DNA of 62,345 nt from Bacillota bacterium (GTDB lineage Bacteria; Bacillota; Sulfobacillia; RBS10-35; JAJYVM01). The first letter of the stretch is position 1. Each line of letters begins with the position of its first letter. This document shows, piece by piece, positions 47,978-57,040 of this stretch. The notes beneath the pieces were generated by a model. That model ran no database searches and was not told where the DNA came from. It saw only the letters and a list, made by a program, of their open reading frames with translations. The stretch lies in contig DATLTP010000199.1 in assembly GCA_035533535.1 (NCBI GenBank), positions 1-62,345 on the forward strand. The letters run 5' to 3'. The position numbers were made by a program, and so were the translations under genes.

Positions 47978-49626
47978 TGGCCGTTCTTGCGGAGACCCGG
48001 CACCGGATCCGCGACGCGCTGGTGGCGGCCTGGCAGGCCGCCGTGGCGGCGGGCGCGCTGCCCGCCGTGGAGTTGCCCGGCTTCACGGTCCAGCAGCCGC
48101 GTGAAGCTGGCCACGGCGACCTCGCCAGCAACCTGGCCCTGGCCCTGGCCGGGCCCAGCCGGCTGCCGCCCCGGAAGGTCGCCGCTGCCCTCGCGTCACG
48201 CCTGGGGGACCTGGGTCGCGTCGACGTGGCGGGGCCGGGTTTCCTGAATGTCACCCTGCCGTCCGGGTGGCTGACCCCCGTGCTGCCGGAGGTCGCCGCG
48301 GCGGGAGGGAAATACGCCCACACCGACATGGGGGGCGGCCGCCGGGTTCTGGTCGAGTTCGTCAGCGCCAACCCGACGGGGCCCTTGAACGTGGTGAACT
48401 GCCGCCAGGCTGCCTACGGCGACGCCCTGGTGCGCTGCCTGAAGGCCGCCGGCTGGCGGGCAGAGGGCGAGTACTACGTGAACGATGCCGGCGGCCAGTT
48501 TCGCCGGCTGGGCGAGTCTTTACGGGCCCGGGTGATGGAGCTTCGCGGCGGGTCCTTTGAGGTGCCCGAGGGCGGCTACCCCGGCGAGTATCTGATCCCG
48601 CTGGCGGAGGCGTTCGACCAGGCGGAGCACGGGGATCCGCCCGTGGAGGTCTATGCCCGCTTCGCCGTCGACCGGATCCTGGAGACGCAGCGGCAGACGC
48701 TGGGCCGTTTCGGGGTCGTCTTCGACCGCTTCGTGCACGAATCCGCCATCCGGGAGCGTGGCGAGCCGGAGCGGGTTGTGGCGGCCCTCGCCGCCGCTGG
48801 CCACACGTTTCAGAAGGACGGCGCCCTGTGGCTGCGCAGCACGGCGTTCGGCGACAACGACGACCGCGTGCTGGTCAAGCGCAACGGGGAGTTCACCTAC
48901 CGGGTGCCCGACATCGCCTACCACGCCGACAAGTTCGCCCGCGGCTACGATGTCCTGATCGACGTCCTCGGCCAGGACCACCACGGCGACGTTGCCTCCG
49001 TGCGCGCGGGCCTGGCGGGCCTCGGCTACCCGGTGGAGCGCCTGGATGTCGTGCTCAACCAACTGGTGCGCCTGGTCCGCGGCGGGGAGACGGTCCGCAT
49101 GAGCAAGCGCGGCGGCACCTTCATCTCCATGGACGAGTTCCTGGACGAGGTGGGCCCGGATGCCGCCCGCTTCTTCTTCCTGATGCGGACCGTGGACAAC
49201 CACATGGACTTCGATATTGACCTCGCGACCCGGCAGGCCGCCGACAACCCTGTCTACTATGTGCAGTACGCGCACGCGCGCATCTGCAGCCTGGTGCGCC
49301 AGGCGGCCGAGGCCGGCCTGCACGTGGCGGCGCCTGCGGACGTGGACGTATCCGTCCTGACGCATCCGGCCGAGGTTGCCCTGATGCTGGCCATGGCGGA
49401 GTTGCCCGACGAGGTCGGCGCCGCGGCAGAGGCCCGCGCCCCGCACCGGGTCACGACCTATGCACGGAGCCTCGCGGAGAGCTTTCACAATTTCTATGTG
49501 CAGTGCCGCGTCATCGGCGAGGCCGCGCCCGTGGCTCGGGCGCGACTGCTGCTGGCGGACTGCGCTCGGGCTGTCCTCGCCGAGACCCTTGGCCTGCTTG
49601 GGGTTGGCGCCCCGGAGCGGATGTAG
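47977..49626 (+). CDS. argS: Arginine--tRNA ligase
   Basis: ...VEFVSANPTGPLNVVNCR...; ...MSKRGGTFISMDE...; ...YYVQYAHARICS. Confidence 0.96.
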   Translation: MAVLAETRHRIRDALVAAWQAAVAAGALPAVELPGFTVQQPREAGHGDLASNLALALAGPSRLPPRKVAAALASRLGDLGRVDVAGPGFLNVTLPSGWLTPVLPEVAAAGGKYAHTDMGGGRRVLVEFVSANPTGPLNVVNCRQAAYGDALVRCLKAAGWRAEGEYYVNDAGGQFRRLGESLRARVMELRGGSFEVPEGGYPGEYLIPLAEAFDQAEHGDPPVEVYARFAVDRILETQRQTLGRFGVVFDRFVHESAIRERGEPERVVAALAAAGHTFQKDGALWLRSTAFGDNDDRVLVKRNGEFTYRVPDIAYHADKFARGYDVLIDVLGQDHHGDVASVRAGLAGLGYPVERLDVVLNQLVRLVRGGETVRMSKRGGTFISMDEFLDEVGPDAARFFFLMRTVDNHMDFDIDLATRQAADNPVYYVQYAHARICSLVRQAAEAGLHVAAPADVDVSVLTHPAEVALMLAMAELPDEVGAAAEARAPHRVTTYARSLAESFHNFYVQCRVIGEAAPVARARLLLADCARAVLAETLGLLGVGAPERM

Positions 49627-49701
49627 CCGCATCGGCTCATCTGGACGGCTCCAGGTTCCCCGGCCTATGAAAGCTGAAGCAACGCGGCGGGAGGGCGGGG
49701 G

Positions 49702-50025
49702 GTGGACCTCGGCCGCCGGCTGCGCGAGGTGCGCAAGAGCCGCCGCATGAGCCTTTACGACGTGGAGCGCCGCACCGGCCGCCACTTTTCCACCATCGGC
49801 AAGTACGAGCGCGGCGAGCGGCGGCCCAGCGTCCAGACCCTCCGGGAGCTGGCCGACGTGTACCAGGTCAGCCTCAGCGACCTTCTGGGCGAGGATGCCC
49901 CGCCTGCGCGCGCGGCCGACGGCAAGGACCTGCAGGGCCTGATCGCCCTGGCCCGCCGCATGAGCCCAGAGCAGGTCGCGGCGCTGACCGACCTCCTGCG
50001 CCTGATCATCCCCGGCCGCGGCTGA
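49702..50025 (+). CDS. XRE-family HTH transcriptional regulator
   Basis: DLGRRLREVRKSRRMSLYDVERRTGRHFSTIGKYERGERRPSVQTLRELADVYQVSLSDLL. Confidence 0.85.
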   Translation: MDLGRRLREVRKSRRMSLYDVERRTGRHFSTIGKYERGERRPSVQTLRELADVYQVSLSDLLGEDAPPARAADGKDLQGLIALARRMSPEQVAALTDLLRLIIPGRG

Positions 50026-50063
50026 GGCAGGAGTTGCCGCCACTGCCGCCGCATTCCCCAAGC

Positions 50064-51125
50064 ATGAACATTGCGGTCATCGCCGGCGACGGCATCGGTC
50101 CCGAGGTCACCGCTGAGGCCATCCGGGTCCTGCGGGCGTTGGAGAAGGGCGGCCAGGGTCCGCGCCTGGAATTCACGGAGTTCCCCTGGGGCACCGCCCA
50201 CTACCTCAGCACGGGCCGTATGGCGCCTGAGGGCTTCACCGACACCCTGCGGGCCCACGACGCCATTCTGCTCGGCGCCATCGGCGACCCGCGCGTCCCG
50301 GACCACATCACGCTCTGGGGCCTGCTGCTGCCGATGCGCCAGATCTTCGACCTCTATGTCAACCTGCGGCCCGCCAGGACCCTGGCCGGCGTGCCCTGTC
50401 CGCTGCGGGGCTTTGGGCCTGGCGAGCGTCCCATCGACATCACGTTCATCCGCGAGAACACCGAGGGCGAGTATTCGGGGCAGGGCGCCCGCTTCTACAC
50501 CGGCACCGAGCGCGAGGTGGTGCTCCAGCACGCCGCCTTCTCGCGGGTGGGGGTGGAGCGGATCCTGCGCTACGGCTTCGATCTGGCGCGCAAGACCGGC
50601 CGCCGGCTGACCAGCGTCAGCAAGGGCAACGCCCTGAACTTCAGCGCCGTGTTCTGGGACCAGGTGTGGAACGAGTTGCGCAGGGAGTACGCCGACGTCC
50701 AGACCGACAGCGTCCTCGTGGACGCCATGGCGCTGCACCTTGTGCGCGACCCGGGCCGCTTTCAGGTGGTCGTGGCGAGCAACCTGTTCGCGGACATCCT
50801 GACGGACCTGGGGGCAGGCATCACCGGCGGCCTGGGCCTCGCCGCCAGCGCGGAGATCAACCCGCAGGGCGGCGTGCCGGGCGTCTTCGAGCCGGTGCAC
50901 GGCTCGGCGCCGGACATCGCCGGCAAGGGCGTGGCCAACCCCCTGGCGGCCATCCTGAGCGCGGGCATGCTCTGTGAGCACAACGGCCTGCAGGCTTGGG
51001 GCCAGGCCATTGAGCAAGCGGTGGCGGCCGTGCTGGCAGACCCGCACGCGCCGCGGACGCCTGATCTGGGCGGGCGCGCCGGCACGAAGGACGTTACGGA
51101 CGCGGTCATCGGGCGGCTTGGTTGA
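50064..51125 (+). CDS. Tartrate dehydrogenase/decarboxylase (D-malate dehydrogenase) family, isocitrate/isopropylmalate dehydrogenase fold
   Basis: MNIAVIAGDGIGPEV...LLGAIGDPRVPDHITLWGLLLPMRQIFDLYVNLRP...IRENTEGEYSG...VVASNLFADILTDLG...FEPVHGSAPDIAGKGVANP. Confidence 0.85.
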   Translation: MNIAVIAGDGIGPEVTAEAIRVLRALEKGGQGPRLEFTEFPWGTAHYLSTGRMAPEGFTDTLRAHDAILLGAIGDPRVPDHITLWGLLLPMRQIFDLYVNLRPARTLAGVPCPLRGFGPGERPIDITFIRENTEGEYSGQGARFYTGTEREVVLQHAAFSRVGVERILRYGFDLARKTGRRLTSVSKGNALNFSAVFWDQVWNELRREYADVQTDSVLVDAMALHLVRDPGRFQVVVASNLFADILTDLGAGITGGLGLAASAEINPQGGVPGVFEPVHGSAPDIAGKGVANPLAAILSAGMLCEHNGLQAWGQAIEQAVAAVLADPHAPRTPDLGGRAGTKDVTDAVIGRLG

Positions 51126-51598
51126 CGCGCCGAGATTGAGGCCGCGAGCAGTCGGGCACCCGAATTAACCGCGCGCCCCGCGGGTGGGCACGCGACCCTT
51201 AGCTGTTGGGTCAGGATCCTGGTGCTTGAGATGCGGCCGTTGCTACCGGCCGTCTCTCACTTTTTGGTGACGACAACTTGATTCATGTGGAGCTGCGGGT
51301 CCATCCCCTCACCCCCGCCCGTCTGCCGCGTGCCCCGCGGCGGGAGGAGGCTCAGGCCGGAGAGGTTGCCGCCTGCGAACAAATGTACGGCAGAACGTCT
51401 CGGGTGACAAGTTTTGGCATGCTTGGCCACGGAGCAGAACCGTCAGCAACCCTGGGTCTCCGGTCGGCACCTCGTTCCTCGATAGCCGCAGGGATGGCGG
51501 CGGCATGCCCTACGGGCATTTGCCGTCCCCCTCAACCCCGCCCGCAGCGCCGGCTCGTTGGGGGCGGCGCACGCCGCCCCAACGCTAAAAAGTCCTTG

Positions 51599-51627
51599 TG
51601 GACATTCGTCCCCCTCGCTCCGATAAT
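51599..51627 (+). promoter_or_regulatory. Candidate sigma-A promoter upstream of kamA
   Basis: TGGACA 51599..51604, 17-nt spacer, GATAAT 51622..51627. This would give a leader of ~115 nt. Confidence 0.45.
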
Positions 51628-51748
51628 GTGCATGATTTGCGGGGCCCGAGCGGGCCCAGGGGAGGGAGCCGCCCCGGAGAGAGCCAGGGTCTGAAATGGG
51701 GATCTGGCCCGGGACCGATTCGCAATCCATGAGGAGTGGTGCCTCGCC

Positions 51749-53146
51749 ATGAGGCATTACCGAGACATCCCCCCCTGGCGCGACGTGACCGACGAGCAGT
51801 GGGGCAACTGGAAGTGGCAGCTGAGCCACCGGATCACGACCCTGTCCCAGCTTGAGGAGATTGTCCACCTGACGCCGGAGGAGCGCGACGGCATCGTCCG
51901 CGCCACCGCCGACTTTCCCCTCTCCATCACGCCGTACTATGCCTCGCTGATGGACCGGGACGACCCGCTCTGCCCGGTGCGCATGCTGGCCGTGCCGACC
52001 TCGCACGAGCTGACGCTGTCGCCGGAGGAGAAGGATGACCCGCTGGACGAGCAGGTCGACGCGCCGGTGCCGCTGATCGTGCACCGCTACCCCGACCGTG
52101 TGCTCTTCCTGATCACCGACATGTGCTCCATGTACTGCCGCCACTGCACGCGCCGGCACTTCACCGGCGAGTACGGGCATGCGGCGCCCAAGCCCAAGAT
52201 CGACGCCGCGATCGACTACATCCGCCGCACGCCGGCCGTGCGTGACGTGCTCGTCTCGGGCGGCGACGCCATGCTGGTCGGCGACGAGTGGCTGGAATAC
52301 GTTCTTGCGAGCCTCCACGCGATCCCGCACGTGGAGGTCGTGCGCCTGGGTACGCGGATGCCGGTGGTTTGCCCGCAGCGCATCACGCCTGAGCTGTGCG
52401 CGATGCTGCGCCGCTACCACCCGCTGTACGTGAACACGCACTTCAACCACAGCAAGGAGATCACGCCGGAGGCCGCGCGCGCCTGCGAGATGTTGGCGGA
52501 CGCGGGCATTCCCGTCGGTAACCAGGTCGTGCTACTAAGGAACCTGAATGACTGCCCCGTGGTCATGAAGCAACTGATGCACGACTGCCTGCGCATCCGC
52601 GTGCGTCCCTACTACATCTACCAGTGCGACATGACCCCCGGGCTGTCGCACTTCCGCACGACCATCAGCAAGGGCCTGGAGATCATGGAGATGCTGCGCG
52701 GGCATACGACGGGCTTCGCCGTGCCGACCTACGTGGTCGACGCCCCGGGCGGAGGCGGCAAGATTCCGGTCATGCCCAACTACGTGCTCTCCATGAACGA
52801 GGACAAGGTGATCCTGCGCAATTACGAGGGCGTCATCACCTCGTACACGCAGCCCCGCTACGAGAAGCGGTCCGAGGATCCGTGCCCGCTGTGCGGCACC
52901 AACCACAAGCAGCTTGAGGGCATGGGCGAGCTGTTCTACGGCGGCAAGACGGCGCTGGAGCCAGCGGGCCTGGCGCGCCGGAAGCGGGGCGGCGGCGGCC
53001 ACTCGCACGCGCATGAGGGCGTGGGCACGCCCGGCCGGGTGCGGGCGGTGAAGCCGGCTGCGGCGGCGCCGGAGCCGGAGGTGCCGATGATCCCGCTCGA
53101 GGCTCTGGATGCGCTGCCGATGCCGGCGGCCCGAGCGGATACGTAG
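51749..53146 (+). CDS. kamA: Lysine 2,3-aminomutase (radical SAM)
   Basis: ...WQLSHRITT...ITPYYASLM...LFLITDMCSMYCRHCTRRHF...VLVSGGDAMLV...VVDAPGGGGKIP. Confidence 0.93.
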   Translation: MRHYRDIPPWRDVTDEQWGNWKWQLSHRITTLSQLEEIVHLTPEERDGIVRATADFPLSITPYYASLMDRDDPLCPVRMLAVPTSHELTLSPEEKDDPLDEQVDAPVPLIVHRYPDRVLFLITDMCSMYCRHCTRRHFTGEYGHAAPKPKIDAAIDYIRRTPAVRDVLVSGGDAMLVGDEWLEYVLASLHAIPHVEVVRLGTRMPVVCPQRITPELCAMLRRYHPLYVNTHFNHSKEITPEAARACEMLADAGIPVGNQVVLLRNLNDCPVVMKQLMHDCLRIRVRPYYIYQCDMTPGLSHFRTTISKGLEIMEMLRGHTTGFAVPTYVVDAPGGGGKIPVMPNYVLSMNEDKVILRNYEGVITSYTQPRYEKRSEDPCPLCGTNHKQLEGMGELFYGGKTALEPAGLARRKRGGGGHSHAHEGVGTPGRVRAVKPAAAAPEPEVPMIPLEALDALPMPAARADT

Positions 53147-53373
53147 CGCCGCGCGGCCTGCGCCGCGCGGTCGGCGAGGTTCCTGAGGATCCATCGCGGG
53201 GCTCGGCGGACGGCCGGGCCCCGCCCCTTTTCTGCCGCCGCCGCCGTTCCCTACAGCAGGAACCGCCACAACTTGAGCGGAATCCAGCCCTCCAGCGGGA
53301 TCGCCGTCGCAGGCACAGCCCCTTCGCCTTGCCATTCTGCGAGCGTCCCGGAGTTTGAAGGGGGAAAGCAAGC

Positions 53374-54984
53374 GTGGGGATCACCCGGCGTGCGCTCTTG
53401 GCCCGCGTCCCCTTGATCCTGACGGCCGGCGGCCTGCTGGCGGCGTGTGGCGGCGCCGCCGCCGGAAGCGGGGGGGCGGCCACCGGCACGGCGACCGCGG
53501 CCAGTGCCGCGGCATCCGCATCCGCGGGGTCGGGCCAGGCCTCCGGCGGCGGCAGCAAGTCGCTGACCATCGCCCTCAACGCCTACCCGCCGAAGATGGA
53601 CCCGGCCCAGTCGACGGCCTATGTCGACCGCCAGGTCTATCAATCCATCTACGACTCGCTCGTCACCTTCGACAAGGGGCTGGCCATGAAGCCGGGCCTG
53701 GCCGACTCCTGGGACATTTCCCAGGACGGCCTGACGTACACCTTCCACCTGCATCAGGGCATCAAGTTCCACGACGGCACGCCGTTCAACGCCGACGCCG
53801 TCGTGTTCAACACCAAGCGCTACCAGGACCCTGCCTCGCCGCGCCGAACGGAGATCGCGCTCGTGGAGTCCGTGACGGCCACCGACGCCAGCACCGTGGT
53901 CTACAAGCTGCAGTCGCCGTTTGCGCCGCTGCTCTCGATCCTGGGCGACCGGGCCGGGATGATGGTTTCGCCGGACGCCGTGAGCAAGCAGGGCGGCAAC
54001 GTCAATCAGCACCCGGTCGGCACGGGCCCGTTCACGTTCAAGGAGATGGTCCAGGGTGACCACGTCGCCGTGGTCAAGAACCCGGCCTACTGGCAGCCCG
54101 GGCTGCCCAAGCTCGACTCGGTGCTCTACAAGGCCATCACGGACAGCAATGTGGCCATCGCGCAGCTCAAGGCCGGCCAGGTCGGCGTGATGGACACGGT
54201 GCCGCCGAACAACGTGTCGGACCTCTCGTCGGATACCCAGCTCGTGGTCGACAGCGTCCCGGGCCTGGGCTACGCGGGCTTCTACGTCAACCTGCGCACG
54301 CAGCCGTTCAGCAGCCAGCCGCTGCGCCAAGCCGTCTCGGCCGCCATCGACCGGGCCGCGTACGTCAAGGTGATGTTCGGGACCGCCGCCTCCCCGATCG
54401 TGGGGCCCTTCCCGCCGTCCAGCTGGGCGTACGACTCGTCCATCGCCGTGCCGCCGGCGAATCCGGCCGCCGCCAAGCAGTTCCTGGCCCAGGGCGGCCA
54501 GAGCGGCGGATTCACCTTCACCATGACCATCCCCGGGGGAAGCCCGCTCTCCAGCCAGGCGGCCCAGGTGCTGCAGAACATGCTGGGCAAGGTCGGCATC
54601 ACCATGAAGATCGAGGAGCAGGAGTTCGGCGCGCTGCTTGGCAACCTGAACAAGGGCAACTTCACCGCCGCCCTCGTCGGCTGGAGCGGCCGCGTCGACC
54701 CCGACCAGAACAGCTACTCCTTCCTGGCGACCGGCGGCGGCAATAACAACGGCGGCTACAGCAGCCCGCAGATGGACCAGCTGCTCAAGCAGGCCCGCGT
54801 CACGTCCGACCAGGCCCAGCGCAAGCAGATCTACAGCCAGATCGTGAAGCTGATCGAGGTGGACGTGCCGTACGTCTACCTGGACGCGGGCGCCGACATC
54901 AAGGGCCTGCAAAAGTCGGTGCAGGGGTACGTGCATATCCCGGACGGCCTGTTCCGCGTCGCGGCCATGGACGTCTCGGCGTAG
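53374..54984 (+). CDS. ABC transporter substrate-binding lipoprotein, peptide/nickel (family 5) type
   Basis: Lipoprotein signal MGITRRALLARVPLILTAGGLLAACGG. Also ...LVTFDKGLAMKPGLADSWDISQDGLTYTFHLHQGIKFHDGTPFNA. Confidence 0.88.
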   Translation: MGITRRALLARVPLILTAGGLLAACGGAAAGSGGAATGTATAASAAASASAGSGQASGGGSKSLTIALNAYPPKMDPAQSTAYVDRQVYQSIYDSLVTFDKGLAMKPGLADSWDISQDGLTYTFHLHQGIKFHDGTPFNADAVVFNTKRYQDPASPRRTEIALVESVTATDASTVVYKLQSPFAPLLSILGDRAGMMVSPDAVSKQGGNVNQHPVGTGPFTFKEMVQGDHVAVVKNPAYWQPGLPKLDSVLYKAITDSNVAIAQLKAGQVGVMDTVPPNNVSDLSSDTQLVVDSVPGLGYAGFYVNLRTQPFSSQPLRQAVSAAIDRAAYVKVMFGTAASPIVGPFPPSSWAYDSSIAVPPANPAAAKQFLAQGGQSGGFTFTMTIPGGSPLSSQAAQVLQNMLGKVGITMKIEEQEFGALLGNLNKGNFTAALVGWSGRVDPDQNSYSFLATGGGNNNGGYSSPQMDQLLKQARVTSDQAQRKQIYSQIVKLIEVDVPYVYLDAGADIKGLQKSVQGYVHIPDGLFRVAAMDVSA

Positions 54985-54987
54985 GTC

Positions 54988-55950
54988 GTGTTCGCGCGCT
55001 TCTTGCTGCGCCGGGTCCTGCTGATGGTCCCGATCCTGCTGATCGTGGCCGTCATGGTGTTCATGCTCATGCACCTGATCCCCGGGGATCCGGCGGTCGT
55101 GATCCTGGGGGAGATGGCCACGCCGCAGACGGTGGCCGCCCTGCGGCACGAGCTGGGTTTGGACCAGCCGCTCGCCTGGCAGTTCTTTGGCTGGCTGGGC
55201 CAGGTCGTCCAGGGCAACCTCGGGCGCTCGCTGATCGACGGCACGCCTGTGGTCAAGATCCTGTCGCAGCGCCTGCCCATCACGCTGGAGCTGGGGGCGC
55301 TGGCCTTTGCGTCCTCCGCCGTTATCGCCCTGCCCGCCGGCATCGTGTCGGCCGCGCGCCGGGGCTCCGCCGCGGACTACGGCACCACGATCCTGGCCCT
55401 GGCTGGGCTGTCCATCCCGTCGTTCTGGCTTGGGATCATGCTGATCCTCTTCTTTGCCGTCCAGCTCCACCTGCTCCCGGCCGGGGGCTATGTCCCCTTC
55501 AGCCGCTCGCCGCTTCAGAACCTGGTCAGCCTGATCCTGCCCGCGCTGTCGGTCGGTGTCCGCACCGCGGCCGTCATGGCCCGCCAACTGCGGGCCGCCC
55601 TGCTGGAGGTATTCCGCGCGGACTTCATCCGCACGGCGGAGGCCAAGGGGGTGTCGAGGCCCGGCATCCTCTTCCGCCACGCCCTCAAAAACGCCCTGAT
55701 GCCGGTGGTGACGGTGGCCGGACTCGAACTCGGCGGGCTGCTCGGCGGCATCGTCTTCACGGAGGTCATCTTCGACATCCCCGGCCTCGGCAGCCTGTTG
55801 GTGCAGTCCATCATGCAGCGCGACTACATCACCCTGCAGGGCGGCGTGCTGGTCGCCGCCCTGATCGTGGTCACGGTCAACCTGCTGACCGACATCGCCT
55901 ATTCCCTGATCGATCCCCGCATCCAGCTGGCGGGGGAGAGGCGGCGATGA
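54988..55950 (+). CDS. ABC transporter permease (DppB/OppB type)
   Basis: ...FMLMHLIPGDPA...; EAA-loop region ...FIRTAEAKGVSR...LKNALMPVVT. Confidence 0.9.
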   Translation: MFARFLLRRVLLMVPILLIVAVMVFMLMHLIPGDPAVVILGEMATPQTVAALRHELGLDQPLAWQFFGWLGQVVQGNLGRSLIDGTPVVKILSQRLPITLELGALAFASSAVIALPAGIVSAARRGSAADYGTTILALAGLSIPSFWLGIMLILFFAVQLHLLPAGGYVPFSRSPLQNLVSLILPALSVGVRTAAVMARQLRAALLEVFRADFIRTAEAKGVSRPGILFRHALKNALMPVVTVAGLELGGLLGGIVFTEVIFDIPGLGSLLVQSIMQRDYITLQGGVLVAALIVVTVNLLTDIAYSLIDPRIQLAGERRR

Positions 55951-56786
55951 CCCCAGGGCGGATGGCCGTGCGCCGCTTCGCGAGGAGCCGGCTCTCCATG
56001 GTGGGGCTGGCGATCGTGGTCGTGATGGCCCTGGCGGCCGTCTTCGCCGCGCACCTGGCGCCGCTCTCGCCCATCACGCAGGACTACAACGCCCTCCTGC
56101 AACCGCCGGGGAACGGACACGCCCTGGGAACGGACGAGCTCGGCCGCGACGAGCTCGCGCGCGTGATCTACGGAAGCCGGGTCTCCCTGGAGGCCGGCGT
56201 GATCTCGGTGGGACTGGCCGTGGCCGTCGGCGTGCCCCTGGGCCTTGCGGCCGGGTACCTGCGCGGTGCGTTCGACGAGGTCGTCATGCGCATCGTCGAC
56301 GCCATGCTCGCCTTCCCGTTCATCATCCTGGCGCTGGCGCTGGCCGGAGTCCTCGGGCCGGGCTTCACCCACGCGATGGTGGCCATCGGCATCGGCTTCG
56401 TCCCGGGCTTCGTGCGCCTGGTGCGCGGGCAGGTTCTGGCCGAGCGGGAGAAGGATTACGTGGCGGCCGCCGAAGCCTCCGGGGGCGGCGTCGCGCGTAT
56501 CCTGTTCGGGCACATCCTCATCAACATCCTGGCGCCGATCCTCGTCCAGGCCGCGCTCAGCATGTCGTTCGCCATCGTGGCCGAGGCCGGGCTGTCCTAC
56601 CTGGGCCTCGGCGTCCAGCCGCCCACGCCCTCCTGGGGCTCGATGCTGCGCACGGCGCAGGGCTACCTCAGCCGCGCGTCCTGGATGGCCTACTGGCCAG
56701 GCCTGGCCATCTTCCTGGCCGTGCTGGGCTTCAACCTGATGGCGGACGGCCTGCGCGACGCGTTGGACGTCAAGCAGCAGCTTTAG
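55947..56786 (+). CDS. ABC transporter permease (DppC/OppC type)
   Basis: ...GTDELGRDELARVIYGSRVSL...; ...EKDYVAAAEASGG...ILINILAPILVQ. Confidence 0.9.
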   Translation: MTPGRMAVRRFARSRLSMVGLAIVVVMALAAVFAAHLAPLSPITQDYNALLQPPGNGHALGTDELGRDELARVIYGSRVSLEAGVISVGLAVAVGVPLGLAAGYLRGAFDEVVMRIVDAMLAFPFIILALALAGVLGPGFTHAMVAIGIGFVPGFVRLVRGQVLAEREKDYVAAAEASGGGVARILFGHILINILAPILVQAALSMSFAIVAEAGLSYLGLGVQPPTPSWGSMLRTAQGYLSRASWMAYWPGLAIFLAVLGFNLMADGLRDALDVKQQL

Positions 56787-56847
56787 ACACGATGGAAGGG
56801 CTCAAGCCGACGCCGCCCTTGACGGCGAGCCTCGTGCGGCCGGCGCC

Positions 56848-57040
56848 GTGAGGACGCTGGCGTTCGTAGGCCTGGACGTGCCCAGGGAGTCGATCGACGT
56901 GGCCGTGGCCGAGGCGGAGAGAGGTCATGCAGGGCGGCGAGGCCGCCGGCGGGCAGGGGCATCGCCCGGGTGACGGCCGCCCTCCGTGCCTGGCCGTCAC
57001 CCGGCAGGCGCTGCGCCTGTTGCCGCAGGCCGGGGCACGC
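56848..57040 (+). pseudogene. N-terminal remnant of an IS110-family (DEDD) transposase, frameshifted and truncated
   Basis: GTG at 56848 opens (M)RTLAFVGLDVPRESIDVAVAEAERG, matching the IS110 N-terminal pattern (VG[IL]DV.K..I.VAV). The frame stops at 56971..56973. Another frame continues GRGIARVTAALRAW. The remnant abuts the 3' end of the convergent SLH gene. Confidence 0.45.

Noticed and set aside
51300-51600. Possible lysine (L-box) riboswitch upstream of kamA.
   Set aside because: GGAGAGGTTGCC loosely resembles the AGAGGNGC start. However, the conserved GCCGAAG and GAGUA-type elements are absent, and the enclosed helix spans only ~100 nt rather than the ~170-nt five-way junction. I also saw no TPP, SAM-I, cobalamin, ZTP or c-di-GMP signatures.
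53251-55680. 809-aa minus-strand ORF, the longest in this part of the track.
   Set aside because: It is antisense to the ABC SBP and permease genes and its product is Arg/Gly/Asp/His-rich low-complexity sequence. The same reasoning applies to 59539..61575 (antisense to pyrG), 41615..43837 (antisense to the PBP), 43116..44747, 48520..50061, 16337..17839, 35126..36628 and 40118..41296.
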